DNA of 64,000 nt from Candidatus Parcubacteria bacterium (GCA_023131895.1 JAGLYZ010000003.1:1394-65393); one strand, 5' to 3'. Shown: positions 40,961 through 51,584, counted from the first letter of the stretch. Numbers and translations are program-made. The notes: generated by a model from the letters alone, not told the origin.

Positions 40961-43900
40961 TCATACTCCGTCTTCGGAAGGCGTGGTTGTGTCAACTGGA
41001 GGAATATCTGGAACATCTGGAACATCTGGCTCGCTCCCTTCGACTTCAACACACTCGCCGAGTTGCTTTTGCCATTCGCCATTTTCAATCCAGGTACACC
41101 AAACATGGCCAGTAGCTTTATCCCGCATCTCCATTTGCTCAGCCGCCATTGTTTTTGTCTTTAATTTTTGGACCTCCAAAGTACCGTATTCACTGACGAT
41201 TAAGCCGAGATTAGATAGATTATTGATAATTGATAATTGATCATCATTGAGAATATTATCGTTCTCGTCAGTAATAACTGCCAAATCCTGGCCCTGCCAG
41301 CCAACATTAACCAAAGTCATCACCTTGCCGATTTCGCTTTGTACTACTTCACAACTTTCAGGTTCTATATCTTCTCCTTCTTCGTTTTTAATAAAGCTGA
41401 TTTCACAATTAGTCACTGTACCGTCAAACGGCTCAAAGGCCTGACCAATAATCCTGCCAGGGCCAGTGGCTTTCATAGCCACCCCTGGCTCAGAAGAAGA
41501 AGTTAAAAAATCACCGATTTTAATAGGCCCGTTTTCCAGATTAACTTTAACCGGCACTCTACCAACTAAAGCAACCGGAACCTGGAAAGGATAATCTTCG
41601 GTATTACAACCGCTACCTAAAATTAAACCTGGTTTAGTTGAAATTACACCAATTATTGTTTGTTCGTAAGAACTTACTGTTTTTTCAACTAAGTTTGATT
41701 CTTTAATTCTGACTACATCTCCTGGTTCAAGTTCTTTGTTTGAGAAAAATAATTCAGCGACATCAGATTCGCCGCTATGAGCAGTGCCATAATAAATATC
41801 TCCGGCTATATTGCCAGCGCAATCATTACCGTCTGCTCTTACGCATAACGCTCCTACAACCTTTAATTTAGCAGTGGGCGTTGTGTCGCCAATACCAACA
41901 CTGCCTTCAATGATTACTCCATCAGTGGGTGAAGTAGTGGTCATATAGCTAGAGCCGAAAGCAGCATTACCGGCTACGGATAACATTGCTAAGGGCACGG
42001 TTGTGCCAATGCCCAGGTTGCCGCCAAAATAGGCATCTCCTTTGCCAGAGATATTGCCTGCGCTGAACAAACCACCAGAACCGATATTGACGCCGCCGCT
42101 AATCTGGAGCTGGCCCTGAGCGATAATATCATTTCTTACCTGAAGACTGCCAGCTTCCAAAGAATGAGCCATAATTGATGTTGCCTCAATTCCTTTAATA
42201 TCCACCACTACTACTCTGGCTGGGGATGTACATGTTAAAATATAGGCGTATCTTCCTGAGACAGCAATGGAATAACCATAGTTTTCACCCGTATCCAGGA
42301 TGACTGCGCCAATTCGGATTGGGCTAACAGGATTAGAAATATCCACCACTACTACTCTCGCTGGAGATGTCCATGTTAAAACATAGGCATATCTGCCCGA
42401 GACAGCAATGGAATAACTAATGTTTTCACCCGCAGCCAGGGTGACTGCGCCAATTCGGGTTGGAGAGGCAGGATTAGAAATATCCACCACTACTACCATG
42501 GCTGGGGATGTGTATGTTGAAACATAGGCGTATCTTCCAGAGACAGCAATGGAATAACCCCAGTCTTCACCCGCAGCCAGGGTAACTGCGCCAACTCGGG
42601 TTGGAGAGGCAGGATTAGAAATATCCACCACTACTACTCTGGCTGGGGATGTCTCTGTTGAAACATAGGCATATCTTCTCGAGACAGCAATGGAAAGACC
42701 TTCGTCTTCACCCGCAGCCAGGGTGACTGCGCCAACTCGGGTTGGGCTAACAGGATTAGAAATATCCACCACTACTACTCTGGCTGGGGATGTGCCTGTT
42801 GAAACATAGGCATATCTTCCCGAGACAGCAATGGAATAACCATAGTTTTCACCCGCAGCCAGGGTGACTGCGCCAACTCGGGTTGGGCTAACAGGATTAG
42901 AAATATCCACCACTACTACTCTGGCTGGGTTTGTAAATATTGAAACATAGGCGTATCTTCCCGAGACAGCAATGGAATAACCAGTGTTTTCACCCGCAGC
43001 CAGGGTGACTGCGCCAATTCTGGTTGGGCTAACAGGATTAGAAATATCCACCACTACTACCCTGGCTGGGGATGTGTATGTTGAAACATAGGCGTATCTT
43101 CCAGAGACAGCAATGGAATAACCAGTGTTTTCACCCGCAGCCAGGGTGACTGCGCCAACTCGGGTTGGAGAGGCATCAGCATTGGCGATATTTTGAATAT
43201 TCCCCACAACATCCAATTTTGTTCCTGGCGTTGCTGTTCCTATTCCGACATTGCCATTTACAAAAGCAGCTGCATACTCTGCACCTGCTCCTGTGCCAGC
43301 ATCTACATACAGGCCATAGCCAGTTGTTCCTGATGCTGCTGTAATTGTTGAGTATAATCCATAGATTGTATCTGCTCCTGATGCAGTGAAGTAGCCAGCA
43401 ATATTAATGGAAGTTGTGCCAGTATTGGCAACTGAAGAATATATACCATAAGCTGTATGGGACGCATTAGCATTGGTGCCAGAGCGAGAGAGGTTGAGAA
43501 GCTTTGAGGTCCCGCTTGCTCCGCCAGCAGTGGAAGTAGAAGTAATATCTAAACCAGTTCCAGTTATTAAGCCATTAACTGAAAGAGCCATTCCAGTGCC
43601 GGAGGTAATTGAGTCGCCAGTGAGATTTACAATATCACCAGTGCCGGCTTGGGTCACGGTGAGAGCGGTGAGAGTGGCATCTGAATCTGTCTCAATTACA
43701 AATAATCCTTCCCCTGCGGCGCCGGTGCGGTTGCCGGCAATAGAAGTAGCGGCGCCAACAACAGAAAGCCCGTCGGTTGTTTTATTGCCGCGAAGGTCAT
43801 TATCAGAAATAGTGTTGTAATTTGAAGAGCCTGTCTCTTCTATTCCATATTCCTGTGTCTTTGTCCCCTGAGTATCAGTACAACGATTATCGCTAATGAT

Positions 43901-46900
43901 ATTATATGTGGAATCGTGAATTTTTATTCCATCGTCATCATTTAGATAAATACCTGTTGGGTCTTGCCCATTATTTATACAAACATTACCGGAAACAGTA
44001 TTATTATCTGAACTATGAGTAAGCCAAATTCCTTCAAAATTATTTTTATAGCAATTATTATTATTCACTACATTTCCATCAGAATATTCCAAAGCAATTC
44101 CGGCTTTCTGATTTTCATAACAACTGTTGCCAGTAATAGTATTATAATGAGCGCCATCGCTTCCAATACTTTTCTCAAGCAAAATCCCAGCGTCAGCATT
44201 ATTATAGCAAACATTTCCTTCTACTATATTATAATTAGCGCTGCTGTAAAGAGTTATACCATCTGTGCCGTTATTATTGCAGGTATTACCTATAATTTTA
44301 TTATTATCTGCTCCATCAATAAAAATACCTCTACTGCTACAACTATCAATTTCATTATACGAAATAGTGTTAAAACCAGAAGAAACATAAACACCGTACA
44401 CGCCGGTTGTGATCCTATTTTTTATCACAATATTATAATTACCTCCGATTTCAATCCCATTACCAGCGCCAGAATCACAATAGTTATTCTCAATCTTGTT
44501 ATAATTTGATGAACTTAAGGCGATATTTGTCGGTGATCCTGTAATGACATTGTTGCTGAAAACATTATTATCTGATGAATTTAACTCCACTCCGTTGGCT
44601 GAAGGAGTTCTACCTATAATAGTATTGCCAGAGATTATATTTTTAGAGCAGGATGTTACTTTAAGATAATATATGTATTTGTTGCCGCGTATTATGTTAG
44701 AATTTGATGACGTCAAAATCATATACCCTAGATTACCGAAATAATTATTAATGATGGAATTATTCGATGAAGACAATATTCTCATTAAAGCATTAAGTTC
44801 GTTATTCTCAACTAAGCAATTAGATGAAGAATCTAATCCAAGAGTTGCACCGCGATTGAAACTGCAACTTGAAATATTAGATTGCGAAGAAGATTTTAAT
44901 AAAACTCCAAAGTCCTGTAAACTATCTAAGTAATTAGGTGAGGTAAATTTAATTTTTTCAACCGAAACCATACTTCTATTTTCAACATTTATAATGCCAT
45001 CATATAATTGCTTAACATAATTATCATCTGGATATGGTGGATCCCCCGCGGAATAGTTATTTTGAAGATTATCCACCATTGTAAGAATATCATTTGATAT
45101 AGAAGCAATTGTATTGATTTCACTTGTTTCTCCTTCTTCCATAGAATAGATATAAACTTTTTCACCTACATAATATTGAGATGCATCAAGAACTTCTATA
45201 TCCGGCTGACCACTGGAAGCACTAGCCGCAATGCCTGATTTATATACTGCGGCATTTAGAATGGTCGCTCCTTTTGCCGCACCTGTTATCACAACATTAT
45301 TTTTATTAACCACAACTGGTTGTTTCAAATTGTAAGTTCCTTCTAACAAATAAACCAAACCGCCGGCAGAAGGCAAGGCAGTTATCGCCGCATTTATCTG
45401 AACATCATCTGCTGTTCCATCGCAGACATAATCCGCTTTTTCTTTGTTTTGGGAGTCGCTGGCTGCCACGATTTTGGTTGCTGTTGTTCTGTCTGTGTGC
45501 CAGCGAGAATCACCCGCGTCATAAACATAGAGTTGATTTTTGTCAGTGGCAAAATATATTTGGCCTTCAACTGGAGCAGGCGAACTCGGCAGATTAGCGT
45601 AAGTGCCGGAATGAATTACCGGTTCAATAATCTGGTGCTGGTTCATATCCAAATTAGCGCCAGCGAAAATTACTCCTGCGCCAGAAGGAGTTATTGTTAT
45701 GTCTTGATTTGTTCCTCTGGCAGTAAGGTCAATGGCGCCATTGGCATCAACAGCAAGAATTGCTTCGGTGCCTCGTTTTAATTGATAGACACCAGTAGCG
45801 GCAAAAACATTATAAAGGGAAGCCAGAGAAGTAAAAGTAATATTTCCAGAAGAGCCGCAAGCCACTGTTAAATAATTAGAAGCGTCATATCCAACCGTGA
45901 GTTGAGGAGTTGAAGTAGAAGTAATTGTTGTTTGGCCGCCATTGGCAATAATAAAATTGTCTGCGCCGTCTGTCTGAAAGCGAACAACATTGCCTGCACC
46001 TTGCTGATTAACTAATAAACCGTCTGCTGACGAAGTCACAGTAAAAACAGCGGCGCCGGAATAGGTCTGGGCGCCGGTCACAGTAAAATCGCCGCCGACA
46101 ACAATATTGCCGTCTGTATTAACATTGCCGCTTGTGTCTACTGTAAAACTTGCATCGCTGCCTGTTTCGCCTATGGTTAAAGTATTGTTAATAGTTACAG
46201 GCGCTCCAAAATTAGATGTGGCATTAACTGTAAGGGTATCAGTTTTGTTAGTTCCCAAAACAGTATTGTCGGCAACATCCAGATATTGGAAACCGCCGGC
46301 AGAAACACCTAATGAAGTAACAGTGCCTGTTCCGCCAACGCTAACTGTGCCAGAACCAATATAAGAACTTGGAAATGAAGCAATGTTTGATTGGAGATTT
46401 TTAATATTATTTTCTGCTTGAGCTAATTGCGATTTTATTTCTGTTAATGACGCGCTGTCAAGAATTTTTATTTCTTTGGTAATTTCTTTGAGCGGCTCTA
46501 TCTGGGTTATTTTTTGAACCTCTTTTATAATTTCTTTTTGCGGCAGTCCTTCTCTTTCCATTTTTTCAATCTTTGCCTGAAGCTCTACTAAAGCTTGTTC
46601 TAATTCCTTATCTATTTTTTCTTTTTCAACAACAATTTCTTCTTTTTCTTCCGGCCATTCTGGTTCTTCTCCCCAAAGAGACCTGTATGCTTGACTTAAT
46701 TTTTCTTCAACAAAATCATTGGCATTTTGATATTCCTGTTTAAAAGCAATACTAGTATTCATTATTTTCTGACCGATATTTGACGGTGCTTCTTTTATTA
46801 TTTTACTTACAACAAGAGCCTGCTCTCCATACCATCGGATAAATTTCTGAAAGATATTGAGGCTGTATTTAAAGTCATCGTCTGTCTCGCCAACCACTTC

Positions 46901-47290
46901 TGCTAAAAAGGTTTTGGAATTCACAATGGAACCACCGATTATTGTTGTTAATTTATCTAAAGAAATAACTGACCAAATAGCATCTTTACTAAAGACGATA
47001 CCGGTAAAAAGTAAAGAAAAAACCAAAATTCCAGCTAATGCGTATCGGAAAGCATATCGGAATTTTGGTTGTTTAAATGAATTTGAAAACGATATTACTG
47101 GTTTTTTAATCTCTTTGCATTTCTTTGAATTGCTCTTTAAATATTCCTCCAACCATTCTTTTTTAGTTACCCATTTCTTGCCGAATTTAACTGACTTTAA
47201 CTTTCCTTGTCTAGCTCTCAATGACAAATATTCCTGTGAATAATCACAGTATCGGGTTGCTTCTGTAAGAGAAATATAATCCTCATTCAT
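40961..47290 (-). CDS. giant membrane-anchored surface protein: HTH_17-like N-terminus, TM helix, coiled coil, parallel beta-helix repeats, 7 LVIVD-type repeats, tail-fibre-like C-terminus
   Basis: 2109 aa. aa 5-52 ISLTEATRYCDYSQEYLSLRARQGKLKSVKFGKKWVTKKEWLEEYL; TM about aa 83-101; NN..GN..I.. beta-helix rungs about aa 800-1150; repeats ...GRYAYVST.TSPARVVVVDISNP...; GIGTT.P...L.V motifs near the C-terminus. Confidence 0.8.
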   Translation of the reverse strand: MNEDYISLTEATRYCDYSQEYLSLRARQGKLKSVKFGKKWVTKKEWLEEYLKSNSKKCKEIKKPVISFSNSFKQPKFRYAFRYALAGILVFSLLFTGIVFSKDAIWSVISLDKLTTIIGGSIVNSKTFLAEVVGETDDDFKYSLNIFQKFIRWYGEQALVVSKIIKEAPSNIGQKIMNTSIAFKQEYQNANDFVEEKLSQAYRSLWGEEPEWPEEKEEIVVEKEKIDKELEQALVELQAKIEKMEREGLPQKEIIKEVQKITQIEPLKEITKEIKILDSASLTEIKSQLAQAENNIKNLQSNIASFPSSYIGSGTVSVGGTGTVTSLGVSAGGFQYLDVADNTVLGTNKTDTLTVNATSNFGAPVTINNTLTIGETGSDASFTVDTSGNVNTDGNIVVGGDFTVTGAQTYSGAAVFTVTSSADGLLVNQQGAGNVVRFQTDGADNFIIANGGQTTITSTSTPQLTVGYDASNYLTVACGSSGNITFTSLASLYNVFAATGVYQLKRGTEAILAVDANGAIDLTARGTNQDITITPSGAGVIFAGANLDMNQHQIIEPVIHSGTYANLPSSPAPVEGQIYFATDKNQLYVYDAGDSRWHTDRTTATKIVAASDSQNKEKADYVCDGTADDVQINAAITALPSAGGLVYLLEGTYNLKQPVVVNKNNVVITGAAKGATILNAAVYKSGIAASASSGQPDIEVLDASQYYVGEKVYIYSMEEGETSEINTIASISNDILTMVDNLQNNYSAGDPPYPDDNYVKQLYDGIINVENRSMVSVEKIKFTSPNYLDSLQDFGVLLKSSSQSNISSCSFNRGATLGLDSSSNCLVENNELNALMRILSSSNNSIINNYFGNLGYMILTSSNSNIIRGNKYIYYLKVTSCSKNIISGNTIIGRTPSANGVELNSSDNNVFSNNVITGSPTNIALSSSNYNKIENNYCDSGAGNGIEIGGNYNIVIKNRITTGVYGVYVSSGFNTISYNEIDSCSSRGIFIDGADNNKIIGNTCNNNGTDGITLYSSANYNIVEGNVCYNNADAGILLEKSIGSDGAHYNTITGNSCYENQKAGIALEYSDGNVVNNNNCYKNNFEGIWLTHSSDNNTVSGNVCINNGQDPTGIYLNDDDGIKIHDSTYNIISDNRCTDTQGTKTQEYGIEETGSSNYNTISDNDLRGNKTTDGLSVVGAATSIAGNRTGAAGEGLFVIETDSDATLTALTVTQAGTGDIVNLTGDSITSGTGMALSVNGLITGTGLDITSTSTAGGASGTSKLLNLSRSGTNANASHTAYGIYSSVANTGTTSINIAGYFTASGADTIYGLYSTITAASGTTGYGLYVDAGTGAGAEYAAAFVNGNVGIGTATPGTKLDVVGNIQNIANADASPTRVGAVTLAAGENTGYSIAVSGRYAYVSTYTSPARVVVVDISNPVSPTRIGAVTLAAGENTGYSIAVSGRYAYVSIFTNPARVVVVDISNPVSPTRVGAVTLAAGENYGYSIAVSGRYAYVSTGTSPARVVVVDISNPVSPTRVGAVTLAAGEDEGLSIAVSRRYAYVSTETSPARVVVVDISNPASPTRVGAVTLAAGEDWGYSIAVSGRYAYVSTYTSPAMVVVVDISNPASPTRIGAVTLAAGENISYSIAVSGRYAYVLTWTSPARVVVVDISNPVSPIRIGAVILDTGENYGYSIAVSGRYAYILTCTSPARVVVVDIKGIEATSIMAHSLEAGSLQVRNDIIAQGQLQISGGVNIGSGGLFSAGNISGKGDAYFGGNLGIGTTVPLAMLSVAGNAAFGSSYMTTTSPTDGVIIEGSVGIGDTTPTAKLKVVGALCVRADGNDCAGNIAGDIYYGTAHSGESDVAELFFSNKELEPGDVVRIKESNLVEKTVSSYEQTIIGVISTKPGLILGSGCNTEDYPFQVPVALVGRVPVKVNLENGPIKIGDFLTSSSEPGVAMKATGPGRIIGQAFEPFDGTVTNCEISFIKNEEGEDIEPESCEVVQSEIGKVMTLVNVGWQGQDLAVITDENDNILNDDQLSIINNLSNLGLIVSEYGTLEVQKLKTKTMAAEQMEMRDKATGHVWCTWIENGEWQKQLGECVEVEGSEPDVPDVPDIPPVDTTTPSEDGV
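42200..43186 (-). repeat. seven tandem 141-bp (47-codon) near-identical coding repeats
   Basis: The ATCCACCACTACTAC landmark recurs at 42200, 42341, 42482, 42623, 42764, 42905 and 43046. Confidence 0.9.
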
Positions 47291-47398
47291 ATTATTTTAT
47301 TTTCTCATAAGTAAACCTGCTGTCAAATATAAAACTGTGGATAACTATCGGATATTAAATACCCATCAACTCTATTTTTTAATTGTAATTGTACTACA

Positions 47399-48328
47399 TT
47401 ACTCTTTAGTTTCAAACTTTACTCCTTGTTCTCTCAATATTTTGAGTTTTTCTAAAAAATCTCCTAATTTTCTTTCTAATCCTGGATTAAATTCAATCGC
47501 TTTTTCCAAATATTCAATAGTAGCATCAATATCAAGCAATTTATTAAAGGAAAAAATCGCAATTGCCAAATAATAACGGTCATTGTAAGCTATATCTTTA
47601 TCTGCTTCTTCTTTTAATCCTTGAATTATAGCTTCATAATCTTGTTTTTGAGCATATCTTAAGCTATTAAACTTGCTGTGCGGATAACCTGACCCCACTG
47701 CTTTAACGATCCAATTAACTCCTTTTTCTTGATTAGACACAGCAAAATAAAATTGGCCTAATTCCCAGCGAGTACGGTTAAAGTCTTCATTTAAATTTAA
47801 TGCTTTTTGATAAAAAGCAAAAGATTGATCATACTCTTCCTGCATTAATTTAATATCTGCTATTTCTAAATACGGTTCCGCTCTGTTCGGGGTTAATTCT
47901 ATAATTCCCTGAAAAACCTGTTCTGCTTCATTATAATACGTCGAGTCGCTCATACTTAAAAGCCTATATTGAAGCCCTTGTGTAATTCTCCATTTCATTT
48001 CTTGAGGATGTTTTTCTATATTTTTTTCTAATCCATTAATATTAAATTTAACCAATTTTTCAGTCCTTTCTTGCTCTATTTTAGAATATCCTTGGATAAT
48101 AAGATTGGCTGAAATATATCTGATTTCATCTGAAATAAAAGTATTATAATCAAATGTCTTGTTAAACCCTGAAAAAACTTGTTCCAATTCTTTGCCTAAA
48201 ACCATATAATCTATAGCAGTTTTCCCTTGGCGAGCAGCTAAAAATGGCCGTAAAGTGCCGAAATAAACCATGCAACTGATTCCTGCTGCGGTTATTATTA
48301 TTAATAAAATTTTAGAAAATTTATTCAT
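47399..48328 (-). CDS. TPR-repeat protein with N-terminal anchor
   Basis: 309 aa with several A..YY..A/L..P TPR-like units. Confidence 0.6.
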   Translation of the reverse strand: MNKFSKILLIIITAAGISCMVYFGTLRPFLAARQGKTAIDYMVLGKELEQVFSGFNKTFDYNTFISDEIRYISANLIIQGYSKIEQERTEKLVKFNINGLEKNIEKHPQEMKWRITQGLQYRLLSMSDSTYYNEAEQVFQGIIELTPNRAEPYLEIADIKLMQEEYDQSFAFYQKALNLNEDFNRTRWELGQFYFAVSNQEKGVNWIVKAVGSGYPHSKFNSLRYAQKQDYEAIIQGLKEEADKDIAYNDRYYLAIAIFSFNKLLDIDATIEYLEKAIEFNPGLERKLGDFLEKLKILREQGVKFETKE

Positions 48329-49694
48329 ATGTTGATGTAATGTGATAAACTACGCCTAATGTTGCGAAAAACATAATATACGAACTCAAAGTATCAAGCA
48401 TTAATTGATTCTGAAAAAAGTAAGCAAAGAGCAAACCAATAAGACAGGAACAAGATAAAACAATAACTTTATTATCCTTATTATCTTTTATTTTTTTAAA
48501 AAGCTTGAATAATACTGCTCCAAAAATTGAAAGATAAGCCAATAAACCTAAAATTCCTGTATTAACCATTGTTTCTAATGTCTTATTATGCGGTCTGTCA
48601 AACCATTCATTAGAATAAGAAAGAATTTTAGGATTGTAAAACTTAGAAAAAACAATTGAATAATTTTCTGTCCCCCAGCCCAAAATCGGTTTTTCTTTAA
48701 ATCCTTGGAAACCAATCTGCCAGGACTGAAGCCGGCTTTGAAAAGAACTGCCCTGTGTCATATTGCTAAACCGGGCTAACAAAGGCTTTTCTTTTAACCA
48801 GGGCTGGTCTTTATTTAAATATAAAAACCCTAAAAAAGAAAAGAAAATCAATAAAAAGATTAAAATAGCAATCTTACTCCACTTACGAAATTTTTCATTA
48901 CCAGAGAAAAAACTATAAATTCCAATAAAAATTAAAACGCCAAAAATCACTCCTAAAAACGCGCTTCTGCCGCCAGTCAGAATCAAAGTATAGCCGATTA
49001 AAAGAAAACAAAAAAAATAAGACAAACACCAGTAATGATTTTTGAGGATGGACGTATCTAGGTCAGACCTCGACAGTTTTTCTTGTGAACTTGTCCAAAA
49101 AAAGAGGAAAATGCTTAAAAACAAAGGAAAAATTAAATAACCGGCTAAAAGGGCAGAATTGCCAATTGGTCCTGGAACCCGAATCGGCGTCAACCCATAA
49201 TCAATGTATTCTTGAATATGCTTTAATCCTAAAAAACCGAATTTCTGGCCAATACTATAAATGCTTACAAAGGCTGCTGAAATTAAAGCAAATCTCAAAA
49301 ACCACAGCCACTCTATTTTGGTCTTAAAAACAGAAATAATGATAATAAAAAATACTAAAAGATGGAAAAAGCTGAAAAATCCTTCCATCCTCTCCATATT
49401 GCCCCAAAAACTGTGATAAGAATCAACGCTAAAAACAGTAGCAATGCCTAAAACCGCAAAAAATAAAAAAACAGTTAATGTGATTGAATTTAAAGAAGGC
49501 AGAAATCTTTTTTCTGGATAATCCAAAATCAAAAGAATAAGCCATAAAATTAACAATACGCCAATCAAGGATTGGAAAAACACTGCCTTGCCTACTATAA
49601 AAGGAAAAGGAGTAATGCGCAAAATAACCAATGGCGTAAATAAGGCCAAAACTAATCCGCCTTGAATAATTCTTAAAATATAGCTTTGAATCAT
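48321..49694 (-). CDS. O-antigen-ligase-like (Wzy_C-type) polytopic membrane protein
   Basis: 457 aa with about 11 TM helices and a ...GWGTENYSIVF... motif. It overlaps the TPR gene start by 8 nt. Confidence 0.55.
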   Translation of the reverse strand: MIQSYILRIIQGGLVLALFTPLVILRITPFPFIVGKAVFFQSLIGVLLILWLILLILDYPEKRFLPSLNSITLTVFLFFAVLGIATVFSVDSYHSFWGNMERMEGFFSFFHLLVFFIIIISVFKTKIEWLWFLRFALISAAFVSIYSIGQKFGFLGLKHIQEYIDYGLTPIRVPGPIGNSALLAGYLIFPLFLSIFLFFWTSSQEKLSRSDLDTSILKNHYWCLSYFFCFLLIGYTLILTGGRSAFLGVIFGVLIFIGIYSFFSGNEKFRKWSKIAILIFLLIFFSFLGFLYLNKDQPWLKEKPLLARFSNMTQGSSFQSRLQSWQIGFQGFKEKPILGWGTENYSIVFSKFYNPKILSYSNEWFDRPHNKTLETMVNTGILGLLAYLSIFGAVLFKLFKKIKDNKDNKVIVLSCSCLIGLLFAYFFQNQLMLDTLSSYIMFFATLGVVYHITSTYE

Positions 49695-49702
49695 AATTTT
49701 AA

Positions 49703-50059
49703 TTATGTAATGCTTTCATAATGCTGAATACGGCTTAATTTATGATTCTGGTCTAAGACCACGCAAACAGCATCTATGCGATATTGTCCTTTCCATCTTT
49801 TTATCGCGCTGTAAGCATCAGCGCTTCTTATCAATCTTCTGATTTTCTCTTTATTGATAGTTTCTTCAGGCGAACCAAACCTTTCACTGGTTTTTGTTCT
49901 CACCTCTATAAAAACAAGAACATCATCTTTTTTAGCAATTAAATCAATCTCTGAGTATCTGGTTTTACAGTTTTGTTCTATTATATCATAACCCTTATCT
50001 TCTAAATAATCTCTGGCTATCTCCTCTCCTATTCTGCCAATTTTAATATTATTTTTCAT
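49703..50059 (-). CDS. yraN: YraN-family (UPF0102) endonuclease-like protein
   Basis: 118 aa: GRIGEEIARDYLEDKGYDIIEQN...EIDLIAKKDDVLVFIEVRTK. Confidence 0.8.
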   Translation of the reverse strand: MKNNIKIGRIGEEIARDYLEDKGYDIIEQNCKTRYSEIDLIAKKDDVLVFIEVRTKTSERFGSPEETINKEKIRRLIRSADAYSAIKRWKGQYRIDAVCVVLDQNHKLSRIQHYESIT

Positions 50060-51584
50060 ACATTTTTACTGGCTGCGCGTATTGCAATGCCTCTGCCATA
50101 TGGGAAACTTGTATCTCTAGCGAGCCTTCCAAGTCAGCAATCGTTCTGGCCGCTTTAATCATTTTGTAATAAGAACGGGCGGAAATCTGAAGCATTACTC
50201 CTGCCTGATGAAGTATCTTTTTCACTTCTTTTGATAAGGGACAGAATTTTTTTATCTGATTGTTTTTCATTTCAGAATTAGTATAAATGCCTTGGCCTTG
50301 GAATCTTTGCACCTGAATTTTTCTTGCCTTTGCCACTCTTTTCCTTATATCTATTGATTTTTCCAAGGACTGCTTTTCCTGTGAAAGTTCTTGTATATCA
50401 ACTGGCGGAACTTCTGTAAAAAGGTCAATTCTGTCTAAAATTGGGCCGGATGTCCGCTTCCTATATTTAAAAACTTCTCTGGGACTGCAAATGCAGGCCT
50501 TCTTCGGATGGTTTAAATAACCGCAGGGACAGGGATTGCTGGAAGCAACCAGCATAAATTCAGCAGGATATTTGACTCTTGCTTTGGAGCGGGCGATAGA
50601 AACAATTCCATCTTCCAAAGGCTGCCTCAACGCCTCTAACACAGAACGCGGAAATTCATTAAATTCGTCTAAAAACAGGATTCCGCGATGAGCCAGACTT
50701 ATTTCTCCGGGACTGGGATTGGTTCCGCCGCCGATCAGTCCCACCTGCGAAATAGTGTGATGAGGAGATCTAAACGGACGTATTCTTATCAAAGAGCCTT
50801 GGGCAGGAATATTACCTGTAACAGAATATATTTTTGTCACTTCCAAAGACTCTGGATCCTGAAGAGGCGGTAAAATTCCCGGCAGAGCCCGGGCAAGCAT
50901 TGTCTTGCCAGCCCCAGGACTGCCAACCATAAAGATATTATGGCCTCCTGCAGCAGCAATTTCCACTGCCCTCTTTGCCTGCTCCTGTCCTAAAATTTCT
51001 GACATATCAAAATCAACTCTATTCTCGTCTAATTCAAAGCAAGCAGAGTTATTATATTTTGCCGGCTTTAAAAGTTTTTTGTTAAGTAAATGATCTAAAA
51101 GTTGGGACAAGCTTTCCACAGGATAAACTTTAATTTCTGGGACAATGGCTGCTTCATTGGCTGACGCTTTAGGAATAAAAATCTGCTTAAACCCTGCCTC
51201 TTTGGCAAAAAGAGCTAAAAGCAATGCTCCTTTTGTATGCCTTAAATCCCCGTCTAAAGAAAGCTCGCCAAAGAAAAGGGATTTCTTTGGAACAGAAAAG
51301 CCAATTTCTGCGCAAAGAATACCTACTGCAATAGGCAAATCATAAAATGATCCCTCCTTGGGAACATCAGCAGGAGCCAAATTAACTGTTATTTTTCTTG
51401 CTGGAAAATCAATATTTGAATTTATAATGGCTGTCCTCACTCTTTCCTTACTTTCATCAACTGCCTTGCTCGGCAAGCCGACAATATCAAAACCAGGCAG
51501 TCCTCTGCTTGCTACGTTTATTTCGCAATCAACTGCCATAGTATCCAATCCTATGTTCAAAGCTGACCCTATTTTAATCAACAT
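50049..51584 (-). CDS. comM: YifB/ComM-family Mg-chelatase-like AAA+ ATPase
   Basis: 511 aa: ...GGHNIFMVGSPGAGKTMLARALPGILPPL...GILFLDEFNEF... Confidence 0.85.
   Translation of the reverse strand: MLIKIGSALNIGLDTMAVDCEINVASRGLPGFDIVGLPSKAVDESKERVRTAIINSNIDFPARKITVNLAPADVPKEGSFYDLPIAVGILCAEIGFSVPKKSLFFGELSLDGDLRHTKGALLLALFAKEAGFKQIFIPKASANEAAIVPEIKVYPVESLSQLLDHLLNKKLLKPAKYNNSACFELDENRVDFDMSEILGQEQAKRAVEIAAAGGHNIFMVGSPGAGKTMLARALPGILPPLQDPESLEVTKIYSVTGNIPAQGSLIRIRPFRSPHHTISQVGLIGGGTNPSPGEISLAHRGILFLDEFNEFPRSVLEALRQPLEDGIVSIARSKARVKYPAEFMLVASSNPCPCGYLNHPKKACICSPREVFKYRKRTSGPILDRIDLFTEVPPVDIQELSQEKQSLEKSIDIRKRVAKARKIQVQRFQGQGIYTNSEMKNNQIKKFCPLSKEVKKILHQAGVMLQISARSYYKMIKAARTIADLEGSLEIQVSHMAEALQYAQPVKMYEK

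Noticed and set aside
42200-43186. Possible CRISPR array, considered because of the regular repeats here and the TAACAT heptads elsewhere.
   Set aside because: The units are contiguous with no spacers, are 141 bp long, in frame and coding. The heptad elements are palindromic arms, not repeat-spacer arrays. No cas genes are present.
43473-44509. Plus-strand ORFs (115 and 164 aa, among others) inside the giant gene, and similar antisense ORFs inside pilB, rny, hisS, comM, pilC and other genes.
   Set aside because: They are shadow ORFs on the opposite strand of long, well-supported genes, with low-complexity composition.
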